A DNA stretch of 64,000 nucleotides from an uncultured Candidatus Saccharibacteria bacterium (GTDB taxonomy: Bacteria; Patescibacteriota; Saccharimonadia; Saccharimonadales; EFPC-124). Each line of letters begins with the position of its first letter. Within the stretch, counting starts at the first letter, position 1. Positions 53,015 to 63,509 of the stretch are shown one piece after another. The DNA lies in contig CAZPGP010000001.1 in NCBI GenBank assembly GCA_964586395.1, positions 1,865 through 65,864 of the forward strand, in the 5' to 3' direction. The notes under the pieces are model-generated. The model was not told the origin of the DNA. It saw only the letters and a program-made list of their open reading frames with translations, and ran no database searches. Position numbers and translations under genes: made by a program.

Positions 53015-54619
53015 TCATCTTGCAAGCTTGTACAGCCTGAGATTGGGGCCGTCGTACAGGACCGTAACGCCCGGCTCGCGGTCGATGTACTCGTATTCTG
53101 CCCAGTCGAGGTCCTTATTCAGGACGATATAGCCAATATCCAAGTCCCGAAGTCGCTTGGTCACTGATTGGCCGCCCAGACCGGCGGGCAGAACTCCCTC
53201 CTGCACAGTCTCACGAGTCCTGTCGCGCGTCTGCGGCCGCACGCCGGGCAGTTCTGGGTCATCGCTCGTCACAACCGCGCGGTCGTAAAATGTGTGAGCT
53301 GGACTGGCGATAATGCGTCCGTCCGTAAAACCGTAGCTCATGTAAAGATGCCACGGCAGAATCAACGTTTTGGCGTCATCAGATTGCTGATTCAGAATTT
53401 GGTTAGTCCGGTACCAGTCCAGCGGATAATTTGTCGGCCTCAGCTGACCAGCCGCGCCCCACAGCATTACTGGTGTGTAGGCGAGGACTAAGCCGCCGAG
53501 CACAACCGTTGCAACAAACCGTGCTCGCACCTTGGCAAGGAGCCAGGTCGTCGCCCAAGCCAACAGATACGCGGCCACCAATGCCCAGACTGCGGCAAAC
53601 TTCTGCGGCTCACGGTAACCAGCCATGAACGGCAGAATCCGGCCCAACTCACCCGCCAGTCCAACGGCCAAAAGTATCGACAGCAGACCGGCCAGCAAAA
53701 CCCAGGCTGCAACTTCGCGCTGTCGTCGCCATGCTCGAACAGCGCCAAAAATCATCAACGCCAACAAAACAAAGTACACAAATCCCCACGCCCCATGCGA
53801 TTCCAGCGGCACCATATATAGGCCTCGCGTCTCCTGCCAAAAGCCCAGCAAACCCAGGACCGATCCGACCTGGCTCGTACCAACCGCATCAACAGTCGCA
53901 AAAGCCTGGCTACCAGAGGCCGAGAATGTCGCAAGCGACGACGCAATCCTCCCCTGTCCCAACAACGTTGGCACCAGCCAATACAGGCTTGCGACCACGA
54001 AGAGACCGACCGTAATACCCATATACTTCAAAAGTAGCTGAAGCTGCTTCCAGTTCCCCGCCCTTGATGCGAGCGCCACGAGCATCAACAGCGCTGCATA
54101 GCCAACCGAGTGTATTGAGACGATACTCATCGCTATCAGCCAGAGTCCAAGCTGAAGCGCCGCACGTCCGCTCGGAGCCAGAACCAACGCTAGCAAACTC
54201 CGCGCGAACCACGGCAACAGCGCATAACCGAGCCACACGCCCCACTGTCCCGCCATGAGGCGATCGTAGACGAAAGGGTTGACCATATAGAATGTCGAGG
54301 CCACATATGTCGCCCATTGCCAATGCCGTGCCTCGACGGGCTTCAACGACGCCAACAGCCGATGCATACCGATGCCGCTCAGAAGCAGACAGGCGAACAA
54401 CATCAGCTTCTGCACCATGTCGGCCGGCAACACAATATCAAGCACATGCAGCAGGGCGTAGAGCGGCCAGGTGTTATCGACGTGATCTGGCAGTCGCAAG
54501 ATCGGCGTAAAAACCATGTCCATACTCAGCACATAACCCGGCGCCAGCAACGGCCCTATGACCAGCAACGCGAGGCCGAGATACGGAGCGTACGGCAGGA
54601 ATCGACGCAATAGCTGCAT
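53015..54619 (-). CDS. GT-C-like polytopic membrane glycosyltransferase
   Basis: PGYVLSMDMVF first-loop Asp, FYMVNPFVYDRL.AGQW, YREP.KF, YP.DW, LILPW..Y. Confidence 0.65.
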   Translation of the reverse strand: MQLLRRFLPYAPYLGLALLVIGPLLAPGYVLSMDMVFTPILRLPDHVDNTWPLYALLHVLDIVLPADMVQKLMLFACLLLSGIGMHRLLASLKPVEARHWQWATYVASTFYMVNPFVYDRLMAGQWGVWLGYALLPWFARSLLALVLAPSGRAALQLGLWLIAMSIVSIHSVGYAALLMLVALASRAGNWKQLQLLLKYMGITVGLFVVASLYWLVPTLLGQGRIASSLATFSASGSQAFATVDAVGTSQVGSVLGLLGFWQETRGLYMVPLESHGAWGFVYFVLLALMIFGAVRAWRRQREVAAWVLLAGLLSILLAVGLAGELGRILPFMAGYREPQKFAAVWALVAAYLLAWATTWLLAKVRARFVATVVLGGLVLAYTPVMLWGAAGQLRPTNYPLDWYRTNQILNQQSDDAKTLILPWHLYMSYGFTDGRIIASPAHTFYDRAVVTSDDPELPGVRPQTRDRTRETVQEGVLPAGLGGQSVTKRLRDLDIGYIVLNKDLDWAEYEYIDREPGVTVLYDGPNLRLYKLAR

Positions 54620-54620
54620 G

Positions 54621-57600
54621 TTATTTCTTCCTGCGGCGCACAAGCGGGTGCTGGTAGACACCCTCTGACTCGACCTGTTGGCGAGCCTTTCGATGCGTCA
54701 ACGCGATATAGCCGCCAGCCACCACGAGTGTTCCGATAGACAGGATTCGATTCACTTCAAACCATCGCTGAGGCACGAACTCGGCCAGAAGCTCTATATC
54801 GTAACTGCCGTCGGGATTCTTGTGACAGCCAGTCGGGCTATTCGCACATATCGCGGCCGGATCGATCAGCCAGCCGTTGGCATAGCCGCTCGCCATAAAA
54901 TGCTCGCCCACTGGTTGAACCTTTGCCCCAGGCTGCCAACTCTGCGCTGCACCGTCACGGAGCTCCAATCGCCAGGACGGATGATATGACTCACTGAGCA
55001 GTAACGTGAAGTGGCCAGTCGCGCCCCGAACCGTTACCGTGCGATGCGTTTCGCCGTCGTTGGTAAACTCGATCTTCTGCGGCAAGGCTTGCGCAGCCTT
55101 TGGCTCGCCAACCACATAGAATTGCTGGTTGATCGGTGGAATAGCGACGAGCTTAACGTTATCAAAACGCACCTTGTTGTTAGTGGTTCCGTTGCTTTCG
55201 TAGGCGTGCAGGAAGAGCTTCATGCTGGTCGACGACGGCGATGTAATCTTGGTTGTGTAGATGTGCCAACCATTTTTTTGTGGCGTGAAACGATCCTGCG
55301 AACCAGCTTCGACACCATCAAACTCACCGTAGTAACCGATCTGACCTTCCCCATCTGCTTGGTAATCGAACGACAACAAATACTCCGTTCCCGGTTCGAT
55401 ATTCACGTTGGTGTACGTGCAGGCGGTGTGATGTGCGGCCTCCAACTCCAGCGATTGATTGCCGTCAGACTTTGCGTTCGTCGTTGTGCGCATATCGATC
55501 TTAGGCGATTTATCGTAGTTGTTGCAGTCAAAGACTTTCTTACGCCACGGACCATCCTCGAACGAACCGTTGTTAACGACGTTTTTGAAATCGTACGTCT
55601 TGTCGACGTAATGGAACGTGTTTTTGCCGCCGCTCAAGTCGTACGTTTTGTACGCCGTGTTGGAGATCTGAATCGGAAAGTCACCTACCTTGGAAAGCTC
55701 CACCATGCTGACGTTGTCGTAGCGATTGATAGTCGGCTGATCCTCGTTGCTCCCCTGCGCGTGCACAAAGAGTTGCCCGCTCGACACGTCCTGTGGCGTG
55801 ATGATTGGGTACGAGGCGGTATGCCATTTGTCGTCAGAAATGGTCTGGAAACGCTTCAGCGCGTTCTCGTCGGAATTGTTGAACCGCAGATAGAAACTCG
55901 CCGTTTCGGCATTTGGACTCTGGTAATCGTAGTTCAGCAAGTACAGCGAGTTACCTTTCATCTGGAAACCAGTGGACGTGCAAGCGTCGTGATGTTTAGC
56001 ACTTAATTCGAGTGACTTCTTGCCTGCGCTGGCGGTATCGGTGCTTTGCTTCATGCTGATCTCGGGCTTGTCGTCAAAGTTATTGCAGTCGCCCACGTTC
56101 TGACTCCACAGGCCGGGTTCGAACGATGGATTCGTCACGAGATTGCCCGATACGTCCGCGAACAACTCCAACGCATTATTACTGCCAAGTCGTCCAACGA
56201 CCTCTCCGCCATCGCGCTTCAGCGGCTTGAGCGTTGTGCCAAGACCGACGTAGTATTGCTTGCCGGGTGGCATCTTTATCTGGGAAATCACCATTGGTTC
56301 AGCCGTCAGCCCGTCCGACACGAGCTGTCCGTTGGCGTAGAATTTGCCAGGATTGGCCGCAAAGAATGTAACGACGCCGTCAACCGCCTGGTAAGCGATG
56401 GTGCTTGGAACGCTCGTGGCGTAGAGCTTGGCGGGCTTAGCTGGATCGATGTCGATGGTTTCGGTCAGCGACTTGCCAGCATTGTCGATGAGCCCTGGGC
56501 TAGCGTTGGCCAGCAGCGGTTTCAGCGAGCCGGCATTCTCGGGCACGCGTGAAATTGTCTTATCTATGTAGTCATAGGTCTGATCGGGGAATGCCAGTGT
56601 CATGAACGTCCGCGCTAATTCGCCATCGTCCTTAGAGTCGACGGCATAGAGCTTGTCGACGGCCGTGATGCGCGGCGTCGGGTTGGTTACTTCCAATATG
56701 TGATCGCTCACCCGCTTTAATTTGTCTGGATTCGCGGCCAACAGCTGGTCGAAAAAGTCAGGATTGTTCTTGATCCATCCGATGTTGCCGTCGTAGGTAC
56801 TCGGAGGAACGTAGCGGTCATAGAAAGATTCGTAAATATCACTGAAGTCGTAAATATAGCGAACATTATACGGCTTCAGCACGTCGATATTGCGCGTCGA
56901 TAACAGCTGATACTGCATGGACAGTTTGAAGTCCTGCGGCTTTACAGAGTTCTTTATAAACTCGTTGAGGCTATAGGTCGAAAAGCCATCGTGACCACTG
57001 TTGCGCATCGGCAGGTTGGATTGAAACGCACGCGGAAAGTCCTTAAACGAATATTGACCAAAGAATGGATAGGCCAAGATGCGCCCGTTTGGCTCGGGGT
57101 GCTTCTGGTCGAATTCCTTGAACTCGTTGAACTTGCCGCGAGCTGACGCAAAGTCGATCGACTGGGCATTAGTCTGGAAGCGCAGAAAGCTTAAACCTAC
57201 CACAATTACCAGCCAGACCACGATTGCGCCCTTCATAAATCCGCGCGGCATCAATCGGCCCAACAAGACCAACAGCACTAATACGATCACCGGCGCAAAG
57301 TGCCCAACTTCGCGGAACATCGGATACAGCGTCGTCAACGGACCGAGATTGAGCAGCTGGAACAAGCCAGTCGCCAGGAATAGCATTACCAGCATAAATG
57401 TCAGCAACCACACATCCTCCATCTGCTTGCCCTTATGCCGCAGCAACGCCACAACCATCAGCACAAAGAGTAGACCGTACAGCAACAGCTCGTATACGCC
57501 GTAGAATTTATTGATCAACGTCGCCTTGGAAAACGAGAAGTTAAAGCTATTCAGGTACTCACTATTACTCGCTGCGCGGAAGGTACCCTTAGTCGCCTCG

Positions 57601-58328
57601 CCACTAATACTCGCGATATCGGCCCCGCCAAACGCAAAGTTACTCAACCATACCGCATTAATCAGTAACGGCGGCAAAAGCAGTGGTGCCAGAAACTTCC
57701 AGCGCCACATATCCGGCCGAAACACGAAGTACAAAACAATTAGCCCGGCGGCAATTGCCAAGAACTGAATCTGCGCGCCTATCAGCGCCCACAGCAGCCC
57801 AACTACAACCGCGCTGCGAATGTTCGGCCGGAACCGGTGCAGCAGGAACCATACCATATATATAAGAATCACGTACGAAATCATGTAGTCGATGTGCCCA
57901 GCGGTGAACTTGTAGAACATCGTCGGATTCACAAACGCCGCAAGCCCCAGCAAGAATGCAATCCACGGCTTGCAGTGATTGCGCGCAATCAGATACACGC
58001 CAAAACCACCCGCCGTGAACAGCGAGATCAACAATCCATACAGCAACCACTCTGGCTGCAACCAACTGAACAATGAGATAACCCACCGCACAAAATAGTC
58101 CGACGAATACCCCAGCGGACTGCCCTGCGCCAGCGGCGTCCATGACTCAGACGCGCGGCCAAAGAAATTCCCAACCTGCTCGGCGTAGTACGGAAAACTC
58201 CAGTCCCAGTACTGACCGACGCCACGCGCAGCCTGGCTCAGTAGTACCGCAAAAAACACCGTGTACAGCAACACAACCAGCCGATTACCGCGCGGCAAGA
58301 ACCGTTTGAATGTTTCCAGTTTACTCAT
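54621..58328 (-). CDS. large GT-C-like membrane protein with two carbohydrate-binding modules (AftD-like architecture)
   Basis: YWDW first loop, NPTMFYKF.AGH, MFRE..HF; two repeats of NLV.N.SFE.G.W...V.DCNN.D...SLEL.A.HH.ACT; SESYHPSW, GYANGW; C-terminal TM. Confidence 0.65.
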   Translation of the reverse strand: MSKLETFKRFLPRGNRLVVLLYTVFFAVLLSQAARGVGQYWDWSFPYYAEQVGNFFGRASESWTPLAQGSPLGYSSDYFVRWVISLFSWLQPEWLLYGLLISLFTAGGFGVYLIARNHCKPWIAFLLGLAAFVNPTMFYKFTAGHIDYMISYVILIYMVWFLLHRFRPNIRSAVVVGLLWALIGAQIQFLAIAAGLIVLYFVFRPDMWRWKFLAPLLLPPLLINAVWLSNFAFGGADIASISGEATKGTFRAASNSEYLNSFNFSFSKATLINKFYGVYELLLYGLLFVLMVVALLRHKGKQMEDVWLLTFMLVMLFLATGLFQLLNLGPLTTLYPMFREVGHFAPVIVLVLLVLLGRLMPRGFMKGAIVVWLVIVVGLSFLRFQTNAQSIDFASARGKFNEFKEFDQKHPEPNGRILAYPFFGQYSFKDFPRAFQSNLPMRNSGHDGFSTYSLNEFIKNSVKPQDFKLSMQYQLLSTRNIDVLKPYNVRYIYDFSDIYESFYDRYVPPSTYDGNIGWIKNNPDFFDQLLAANPDKLKRVSDHILEVTNPTPRITAVDKLYAVDSKDDGELARTFMTLAFPDQTYDYIDKTISRVPENAGSLKPLLANASPGLIDNAGKSLTETIDIDPAKPAKLYATSVPSTIAYQAVDGVVTFFAANPGKFYANGQLVSDGLTAEPMVISQIKMPPGKQYYVGLGTTLKPLKRDGGEVVGRLGSNNALELFADVSGNLVTNPSFEPGLWSQNVGDCNNFDDKPEISMKQSTDTASAGKKSLELSAKHHDACTSTGFQMKGNSLYLLNYDYQSPNAETASFYLRFNNSDENALKRFQTISDDKWHTASYPIITPQDVSSGQLFVHAQGSNEDQPTINRYDNVSMVELSKVGDFPIQISNTAYKTYDLSGGKNTFHYVDKTYDFKNVVNNGSFEDGPWRKKVFDCNNYDKSPKIDMRTTTNAKSDGNQSLELEAAHHTACTYTNVNIEPGTEYLLSFDYQADGEGQIGYYGEFDGVEAGSQDRFTPQKNGWHIYTTKITSPSSTSMKLFLHAYESNGTTNNKVRFDNVKLVAIPPINQQFYVVGEPKAAQALPQKIEFTNDGETHRTVTVRGATGHFTLLLSESYHPSWRLELRDGAAQSWQPGAKVQPVGEHFMASGYANGWLIDPAAICANSPTGCHKNPDGSYDIELLAEFVPQRWFEVNRILSIGTLVVAGGYIALTHRKARQQVESEGVYQHPLVRRRKK

Positions 58329-59433
58329 ATTGCGCTGCAAATGCTTGGTAAGCTTCCTTCTGAGCTAAGTTGCGCTGGCTGGCGTCGTAGAATTTTTGGG
58401 CAACGCGATCATAATTGTCATACATATACTGGAATGCGACCTTTAGCTCGTCCAGTTCATCTAGCTCGATGTAATAGTCGCCAATCTCGTTATCGCGGAA
58501 GAACGAGCTAACTTTAGCGCGGTACGCAATGCCCAAACACGGCGCGGCATTGAACGTCGCCAGAATGTTGGCATGCAGACGAGTGCCAATGACGAGGTCG
58601 AAACTGCCGAGCGTGTTGACCATGTCTTCCAGGCTTTTAGCCTTGTAGATTTCAACCGGGACCTTACCCTTCAACTGTTCCTGTACGCGCTCCGACGCCC
58701 ATAAGTCATCATGCGATTCCTGCTCGCTGACGAGCATTGGCAGCAGCACAACACGGAAGCGTTTGGGGTCAAGCGAATCGATGAATCCAGCAACACTTGC
58801 GGCAAGTTTCGGGAAGTTCTCCTCCGGATCCGGAAGGTGATACAGCAGCGAAATGCCAATCGTGAACGGCTCCTCTGGCGGCGGCATTTTGTGCAGGCGA
58901 GGTTTGTAATAGGGGAGATTGATGGCAAGGTCAGGCAGAACTTCCACGCCAGCCAGCCCTAAAACCTCGGCACTGCGACGCTCACGCGCGATTATCGTGT
59001 GACTCATTCCGGCCGATGCACGAGCAAGCTTCAGCGACCAGCCCTTCAACCGACCGATGCCCGTACCAACGTAATGGATCTTCTTGCCAAATAGACGCGC
59101 CAACATGTTCAGCGCGATCATCTTGTACAACGATTGGCGTGGAAACTTATCGCCGTACAGTTCCACCCAGACATCGCCGCCAAAGTAGACGATGTTCTTA
59201 ACTTCCATAAAGACCTTTAGCTTCTTGATTGCGTCGCTGCCGCTCGTCGTGCTAATTGTCTCGACTAGACCTTTAGCGCTTTCCGGCAGGAGCGAATCGT
59301 CAGCCGAGTTGATGTACAACTTGTGATTTGCAAACAGCTCAGATGCAGCCACCAGGAAAACATCGTCGCCCAAATTACCACGGCCATAGCTGCCAAGCAG
59401 GATCGTACTAGGTTTTTTACTCTTCTCTGTCAT
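58321..59433 (-). CDS. polysaccharide pyruvyl transferase family protein
   Basis: GSYGRGNLGDD, FGGD, G.GIG, ARE..S, PDLA, GTRLHA.I.A, IAY..KV. Confidence 0.88.
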   Translation of the reverse strand: MTEKSKKPSTILLGSYGRGNLGDDVFLVAASELFANHKLYINSADDSLLPESAKGLVETISTTSGSDAIKKLKVFMEVKNIVYFGGDVWVELYGDKFPRQSLYKMIALNMLARLFGKKIHYVGTGIGRLKGWSLKLARASAGMSHTIIARERRSAEVLGLAGVEVLPDLAINLPYYKPRLHKMPPPEEPFTIGISLLYHLPDPEENFPKLAASVAGFIDSLDPKRFRVVLLPMLVSEQESHDDLWASERVQEQLKGKVPVEIYKAKSLEDMVNTLGSFDLVIGTRLHANILATFNAAPCLGIAYRAKVSSFFRDNEIGDYYIELDELDELKVAFQYMYDNYDRVAQKFYDASQRNLAQKEAYQAFAAQYE

Positions 59434-59435
59434 TA

Positions 59436-60566
59436 CTAACTCCCCATGAATTCGTATTCTTTGGATGCCACATGCTCGACGCGGAACTGGTCGGCGTAAG
59501 CTGCGACTTGTTGCTGTTCGGCCTGATAGTCGGCGGGCGATGCGGCGTACGACTGCAGCAGGTCGTGGACGGTTCGTCGCAGTATGTCTTCGTCCTTCAA
59601 CGGCACGACATGCAGCTGTTCGCCAAACACTCCGGCGTACACCGGCAGGTCATACGCTACGACCGGCGTGCCGACGGCCAGCGCCTCTGCAATTGCTATT
59701 CCCCAACCCTCTTCAACGCTCGGGAACACAAACAGTTTGGCGCGAGACATAAGGTCGAACTTAACCTCGTCGCTCACGTATCCAGCCAACTCGATCGGCA
59801 GTTTTTGTTGTTTAATCAATTGCTCCAGACGCTTTTGCTCCGGACCAACACCGATCATGACCGCCTTAAAGTTCGGGACGCGATCCTTCAGCTCGACGCA
59901 AACTCGCACAAAATCATCCACGCCTTTCTGCGTCACCAGCCGCCCACAAAAAGCGAGTGTAATGTCCTTCCGCGCGTAGGGACGCATGCCGGTCGTCGGA
60001 TGGACAAAGTTACTGGACAGCAGAATCTGCTGCTTACGGAATCCCATTTCGCGCAGACGATCAGCCACCGCTTGGTTAACCACGATCACCTTGCCAAACC
60101 CACGACGAATCATCCAGAAACATAACTTCTCCTGCAGGTTCGCCAGCTTGGTGTTGATATTGTCGGGCCGATCCATATCCTGGATGATGTGGTGAATGTA
60201 CACCGTCTTGCTCTGGCGCGGTGTGTGTGCCACGAACACCGGCAACACGTCTGGAAGGAAGTGCGAACTGGCGACGAGCATGTCGCTCTTGCCCACAAAC
60301 CTATTCACCCGTTGGGCCGCCTGGAACGCACGCGCTGCATACATCAACGCAATCGACTGACGCAGCCGAGTGTCGGGGTGGGTGACGGTACGGATACGCT
60401 TAACCTCCGGATAGACCTTTTCTTGTCCATCACGGCGCGGCAGAACCAACAGCGGGTCAACCTTCACGCGGCTATCAACCAGCCAACCCAACAGACCGCT
60501 CATATGCATGTCACCGCCTGACACATCGCCGGTAAAGCAATTTCGGTATACGACTAATCGGTTCAC
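59436..60566 (-). CDS. glycosyltransferase family 4
   Basis: GRLVTQKG, FPSVEEGWGIAIAEALA.G.PVV.YD. Confidence 0.9.
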   Translation of the reverse strand: MNRLVVYRNCFTGDVSGGDMHMSGLLGWLVDSRVKVDPLLVLPRRDGQEKVYPEVKRIRTVTHPDTRLRQSIALMYAARAFQAAQRVNRFVGKSDMLVASSHFLPDVLPVFVAHTPRQSKTVYIHHIIQDMDRPDNINTKLANLQEKLCFWMIRRGFGKVIVVNQAVADRLREMGFRKQQILLSSNFVHPTTGMRPYARKDITLAFCGRLVTQKGVDDFVRVCVELKDRVPNFKAVMIGVGPEQKRLEQLIKQQKLPIELAGYVSDEVKFDLMSRAKLFVFPSVEEGWGIAIAEALAVGTPVVAYDLPVYAGVFGEQLHVVPLKDEDILRRTVHDLLQSYAASPADYQAEQQQVAAYADQFRVEHVASKEYEFMGS

Positions 60567-61399
60567 GACTGCCCCTTCATTGCTCGGCTGGCCTTGAGAT
60601 AGCCAAGGCCGCCAACAGCGTACTCAGCTGTTTTCAGCAGCAGCATACCGATGCCAACGTGTGGACGCTGGAGTAGTTTGCCAGGCTTGGAAAAGAACAA
60701 TTTGTAGCGGGCGAGTGGCCCGGACTGATCAGTTAATGCGGACTTGGTGGGGTTCTTGGCGAAATACTCACGGGCGTGTTGGGCGTAATAGTACATCTTG
60801 CCCACGGTTCGGCCGAAGTACAGGCGGCCTTCGTTGTGGCGGATAAACTCCGACGCGCGGGCGATCGGCGCAAGCGCGGCAATTCGGCGCGACAAGTCCC
60901 AATCTTCCCCGCCAGTCATTTCTTCGCTGTAACGGCCAGCCTTTTCGAACGCATCGCGGCGGAAAAACCGCGCAGCTTCAATTGAATCTTGGCCGACGTA
61001 GTACGAACGTTCCAATTGTTTGCACTGCGCCCAAAATCCTTCGCCGAAAGATTCCTCAGGAATGATAACGCCGCCAACCTCAGGCTGACGTCGCACAACG
61101 TTGACACATGAGCTTACAACTTGCTCCCCTAATTCCATGTCAGAATCAATGACCAACAAATAATCTCCATTCGCCCGCTCAGCTGCGTAATTCCGCTGGG
61201 CCGAACGCTCAGGACCTTTGTTGAAAACCAGGTCGGTATAGCGATGCGCAATCTCCTTGGTGTCGTCGCTCGAATTATTATCCACCACGATTAATTCGAT
61301 ACGTTTGTAGTCCTGCCCGGCAATTGAATTCAGGCAGGCGTCGAGCGTGGCATGGTTGTTGCGGGTGGTTACAATAACGGAAACGAGTGGGTCTTTCAT
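60563..61399 (-). CDS. glycosyltransferase family 2
   Basis: VSVIV.T.N, IVVDNNSSD.T, ERSAQRN, IDSD, GEDWD. Confidence 0.9.
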   Translation of the reverse strand: MKDPLVSVIVTTRNNHATLDACLNSIAGQDYKRIELIVVDNNSSDDTKEIAHRYTDLVFNKGPERSAQRNYAAERANGDYLLVIDSDMELGEQVVSSCVNVVRRQPEVGGVIIPEESFGEGFWAQCKQLERSYYVGQDSIEAARFFRRDAFEKAGRYSEEMTGGEDWDLSRRIAALAPIARASEFIRHNEGRLYFGRTVGKMYYYAQHAREYFAKNPTKSALTDQSGPLARYKLFFSKPGKLLQRPHVGIGMLLLKTAEYAVGGLGYLKASRAMKGQS

Positions 61400-62514
61400 A
61401 CTTCTGCTCCTACTGCTTGTTTAAAGTCGGCGTAGCTTTGGTCGAATGTAATGCCTTTGCTCCATTCCCAAGCATTATGGCGAATCTCTTCATATACGCT
61501 TGGATGGCTCAGGAGTTTCACGATGCCATACGCCAACGCGGTCGGGGATTGCTCGGCGACGTAGCCCGTTTGCATATGACGAACGCTATCGCGCAAACCG
61601 TTTACATCGTAGACCACAGCGGGCGTACCTTGACTGGCGGCTTCGGTCACGGTCAAGCCCCAGCCTTCGTGAACGGCGGTTTGTAGTATCAAGTGCGAAC
61701 GGCGCATCAGCTCAGTTTTCTGGTCGATGCTCACCTTGCCCAGATACTCAATGTCTTCGCGGTACGGACTGGTTTCTATCGCGGCCAAGACCTTCTGGCC
61801 GTACTCACCGTCGGATTTGCCAGCGATCTTCAGTTTCAACTCCGGTATGACCGCCTTGGCAATTTCGAACGCTTTGATCTGATCGATCGTACGCTTCATA
61901 GCCCGCATAGCGCCGAGGCAAAGCAGGGTGGGCTGTTCAAACTTCTCAATGCCGTCAATACTCGGGAGCGCTTCAATCTCGATACCTTCGGAAATAATAT
62001 GCGTGCGATCTGGCTGAAAACCGTGTCGCACAAGATCGCTCGCCGTGCTTTCCGATACCGTCACAACCGGCGTCCGCGACTTGGCCAGCAATCGACTCGC
62101 CAGCGGCTCCAGTGCGTAATGGCCGATGTGACTCAGCGGGGCTTTGGTTTCGTAGAACCATACCGGACCTTCCAGCTGGTGATACAGCAGATACTTCTTG
62201 GCTTTTCGTTCAAACAATACGCTGAAATACGGTGCGGCATTCACTTCCTCTATTAGCAGCTGGTACCGGCCTCGCAAATGACGCAGATAGTACGCCAACG
62301 CCTGAAAGGAATGAGTGTAACGGTTGTTGCCAACGCGGATGATCTCTACCCCGTCCAGCACTTCTCGCTTCGGAGCGCCCGGGTAGCCGCACGTCAGCAT
62401 CGTCACCTTATGTCCATCTGCGAGCAACCGAGCCGTCAACTCGCGCGCCACGACCTCAGCCCCGCCAGCCTCGGGGTGCTGGTGATCTTTCCAGGTCAGC
62501 CAAAGGATGTTCAT
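61396..62514 (-). CDS. glycosyltransferase family 4
   Basis: WKD..HPEAGGAE, TVSEST, EGWGLTVTEAA..GTP.V.YDV.GLRDSV. Confidence 0.9.
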   Translation of the reverse strand: MNILWLTWKDHQHPEAGGAEVVARELTARLLADGHKVTMLTCGYPGAPKREVLDGVEIIRVGNNRYTHSFQALAYYLRHLRGRYQLLIEEVNAAPYFSVLFERKAKKYLLYHQLEGPVWFYETKAPLSHIGHYALEPLASRLLAKSRTPVVTVSESTASDLVRHGFQPDRTHIISEGIEIEALPSIDGIEKFEQPTLLCLGAMRAMKRTIDQIKAFEIAKAVIPELKLKIAGKSDGEYGQKVLAAIETSPYREDIEYLGKVSIDQKTELMRRSHLILQTAVHEGWGLTVTEAASQGTPAVVYDVNGLRDSVRHMQTGYVAEQSPTALAYGIVKLLSHPSVYEEIRHNAWEWSKGITFDQSYADFKQAVGAEV

Positions 62515-62516
62515 GG

Positions 62517-63509
62517 CTAAGCCTTTACCTCCTCAAAAAGCTCGGCTTCCTGCACAATATGCTGCTCCTCTGGTCGCACAACGTACAGCGGACGGTTCGC
62601 AACCTCTGCGTGAATATGCGCAATGTACAGCGACATCATGCCCAGGCACGTCAGGACCAAACCGACCATAAAGATAGTCAACATTGCCAGCATCGTCGTG
62701 CCGTTAATGCCCAGATGCAGATAATCGCCCAGGAGGTAACGCTCGACGTACAGGAATATACCAGCAGGAACACTCACCGCGAGAATTCCCGAGCCGATAT
62801 AACCGGCAAGTCGCAGCGGCAGCAGGCTGTAGGCCGTAAAGCTATTCATAGCCAGGCTTACGAGCTTCTGGAATGTGTATCCCGGCGTGCCAAACTTGCG
62901 CGGCTGCTGCTCGAAATAGATGTAGTCTCGCTCAAATCCCAGCCAGTCAATCAGCCCACGCGTAATACGGTTGCGTTCAGTAAATTGGTTAAAGACATTG
63001 ATAACCTTGCGGTCGAGTAGGCGATAGTCGGTCGCGTTCGGTGTAATCTTGGTGTGCGAGATACGACGCATGATCTTGTAGAAAACCTTTGCGCCCATTC
63101 GCTTTACGAAGCTCAAATTGCGCGACTTAAACACGCCCACCACAACCTCTGAGCCGGTCTCCCACTTGCGGATAAACTGCGTCATCAGGCTTGGCGGCAT
63201 CTGCATGTCGGCGTCCATGATGAGCGCGGCGTTACCGCGAGCGGCGTGCAGGCCAGCAGTCACGGCCGCCTCCTTACCAAAGTTTCGACTGAACCGAATC
63301 AGTCGGACACGACGGTCTTTGCGCGCAAACTTGTGCAAGACCTTGGCGGAGTCGTCCTTACTGCCGTCGTCCACGAACAGCATCTCAAATTGATATGGTA
63401 GGCGATCGCTATGCTCTGCAATTTCTTTGTACAGCAGAGGCAAGTTGTCTGCTTCATTATAGACAGGCACGATGATCGAAATCAGCGGTGTCCTCGCATG
63501 GGCTTTCAT
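62517..63509 (-). CDS. GtrB/YkoT-like polyprenol-phosphate glycosyltransferase (GT2, 2 C-terminal TMs)
   Basis: VPVYNE, VDDGSKD, FSRNFGKEAA..AG, MDAD.Q.PP, DYRLLDR, RGL..WLGF, RPLY. Confidence 0.9.
   Translation of the reverse strand: MKAHARTPLISIIVPVYNEADNLPLLYKEIAEHSDRLPYQFEMLFVDDGSKDDSAKVLHKFARKDRRVRLIRFSRNFGKEAAVTAGLHAARGNAALIMDADMQMPPSLMTQFIRKWETGSEVVVGVFKSRNLSFVKRMGAKVFYKIMRRISHTKITPNATDYRLLDRKVINVFNQFTERNRITRGLIDWLGFERDYIYFEQQPRKFGTPGYTFQKLVSLAMNSFTAYSLLPLRLAGYIGSGILAVSVPAGIFLYVERYLLGDYLHLGINGTTMLAMLTIFMVGLVLTCLGMMSLYIAHIHAEVANRPLYVVRPEEQHIVQEAELFEEVKA

Noticed and set aside
55011-56006. Long antisense ORFs (e.g. 55011-56006, 14021-14839, 17419-18240, 8681-9412, 47001-47684)
   Set aside because: They lie opposite well-supported genes and have no motifs or start signals, as expected for shadows of biased codon usage.
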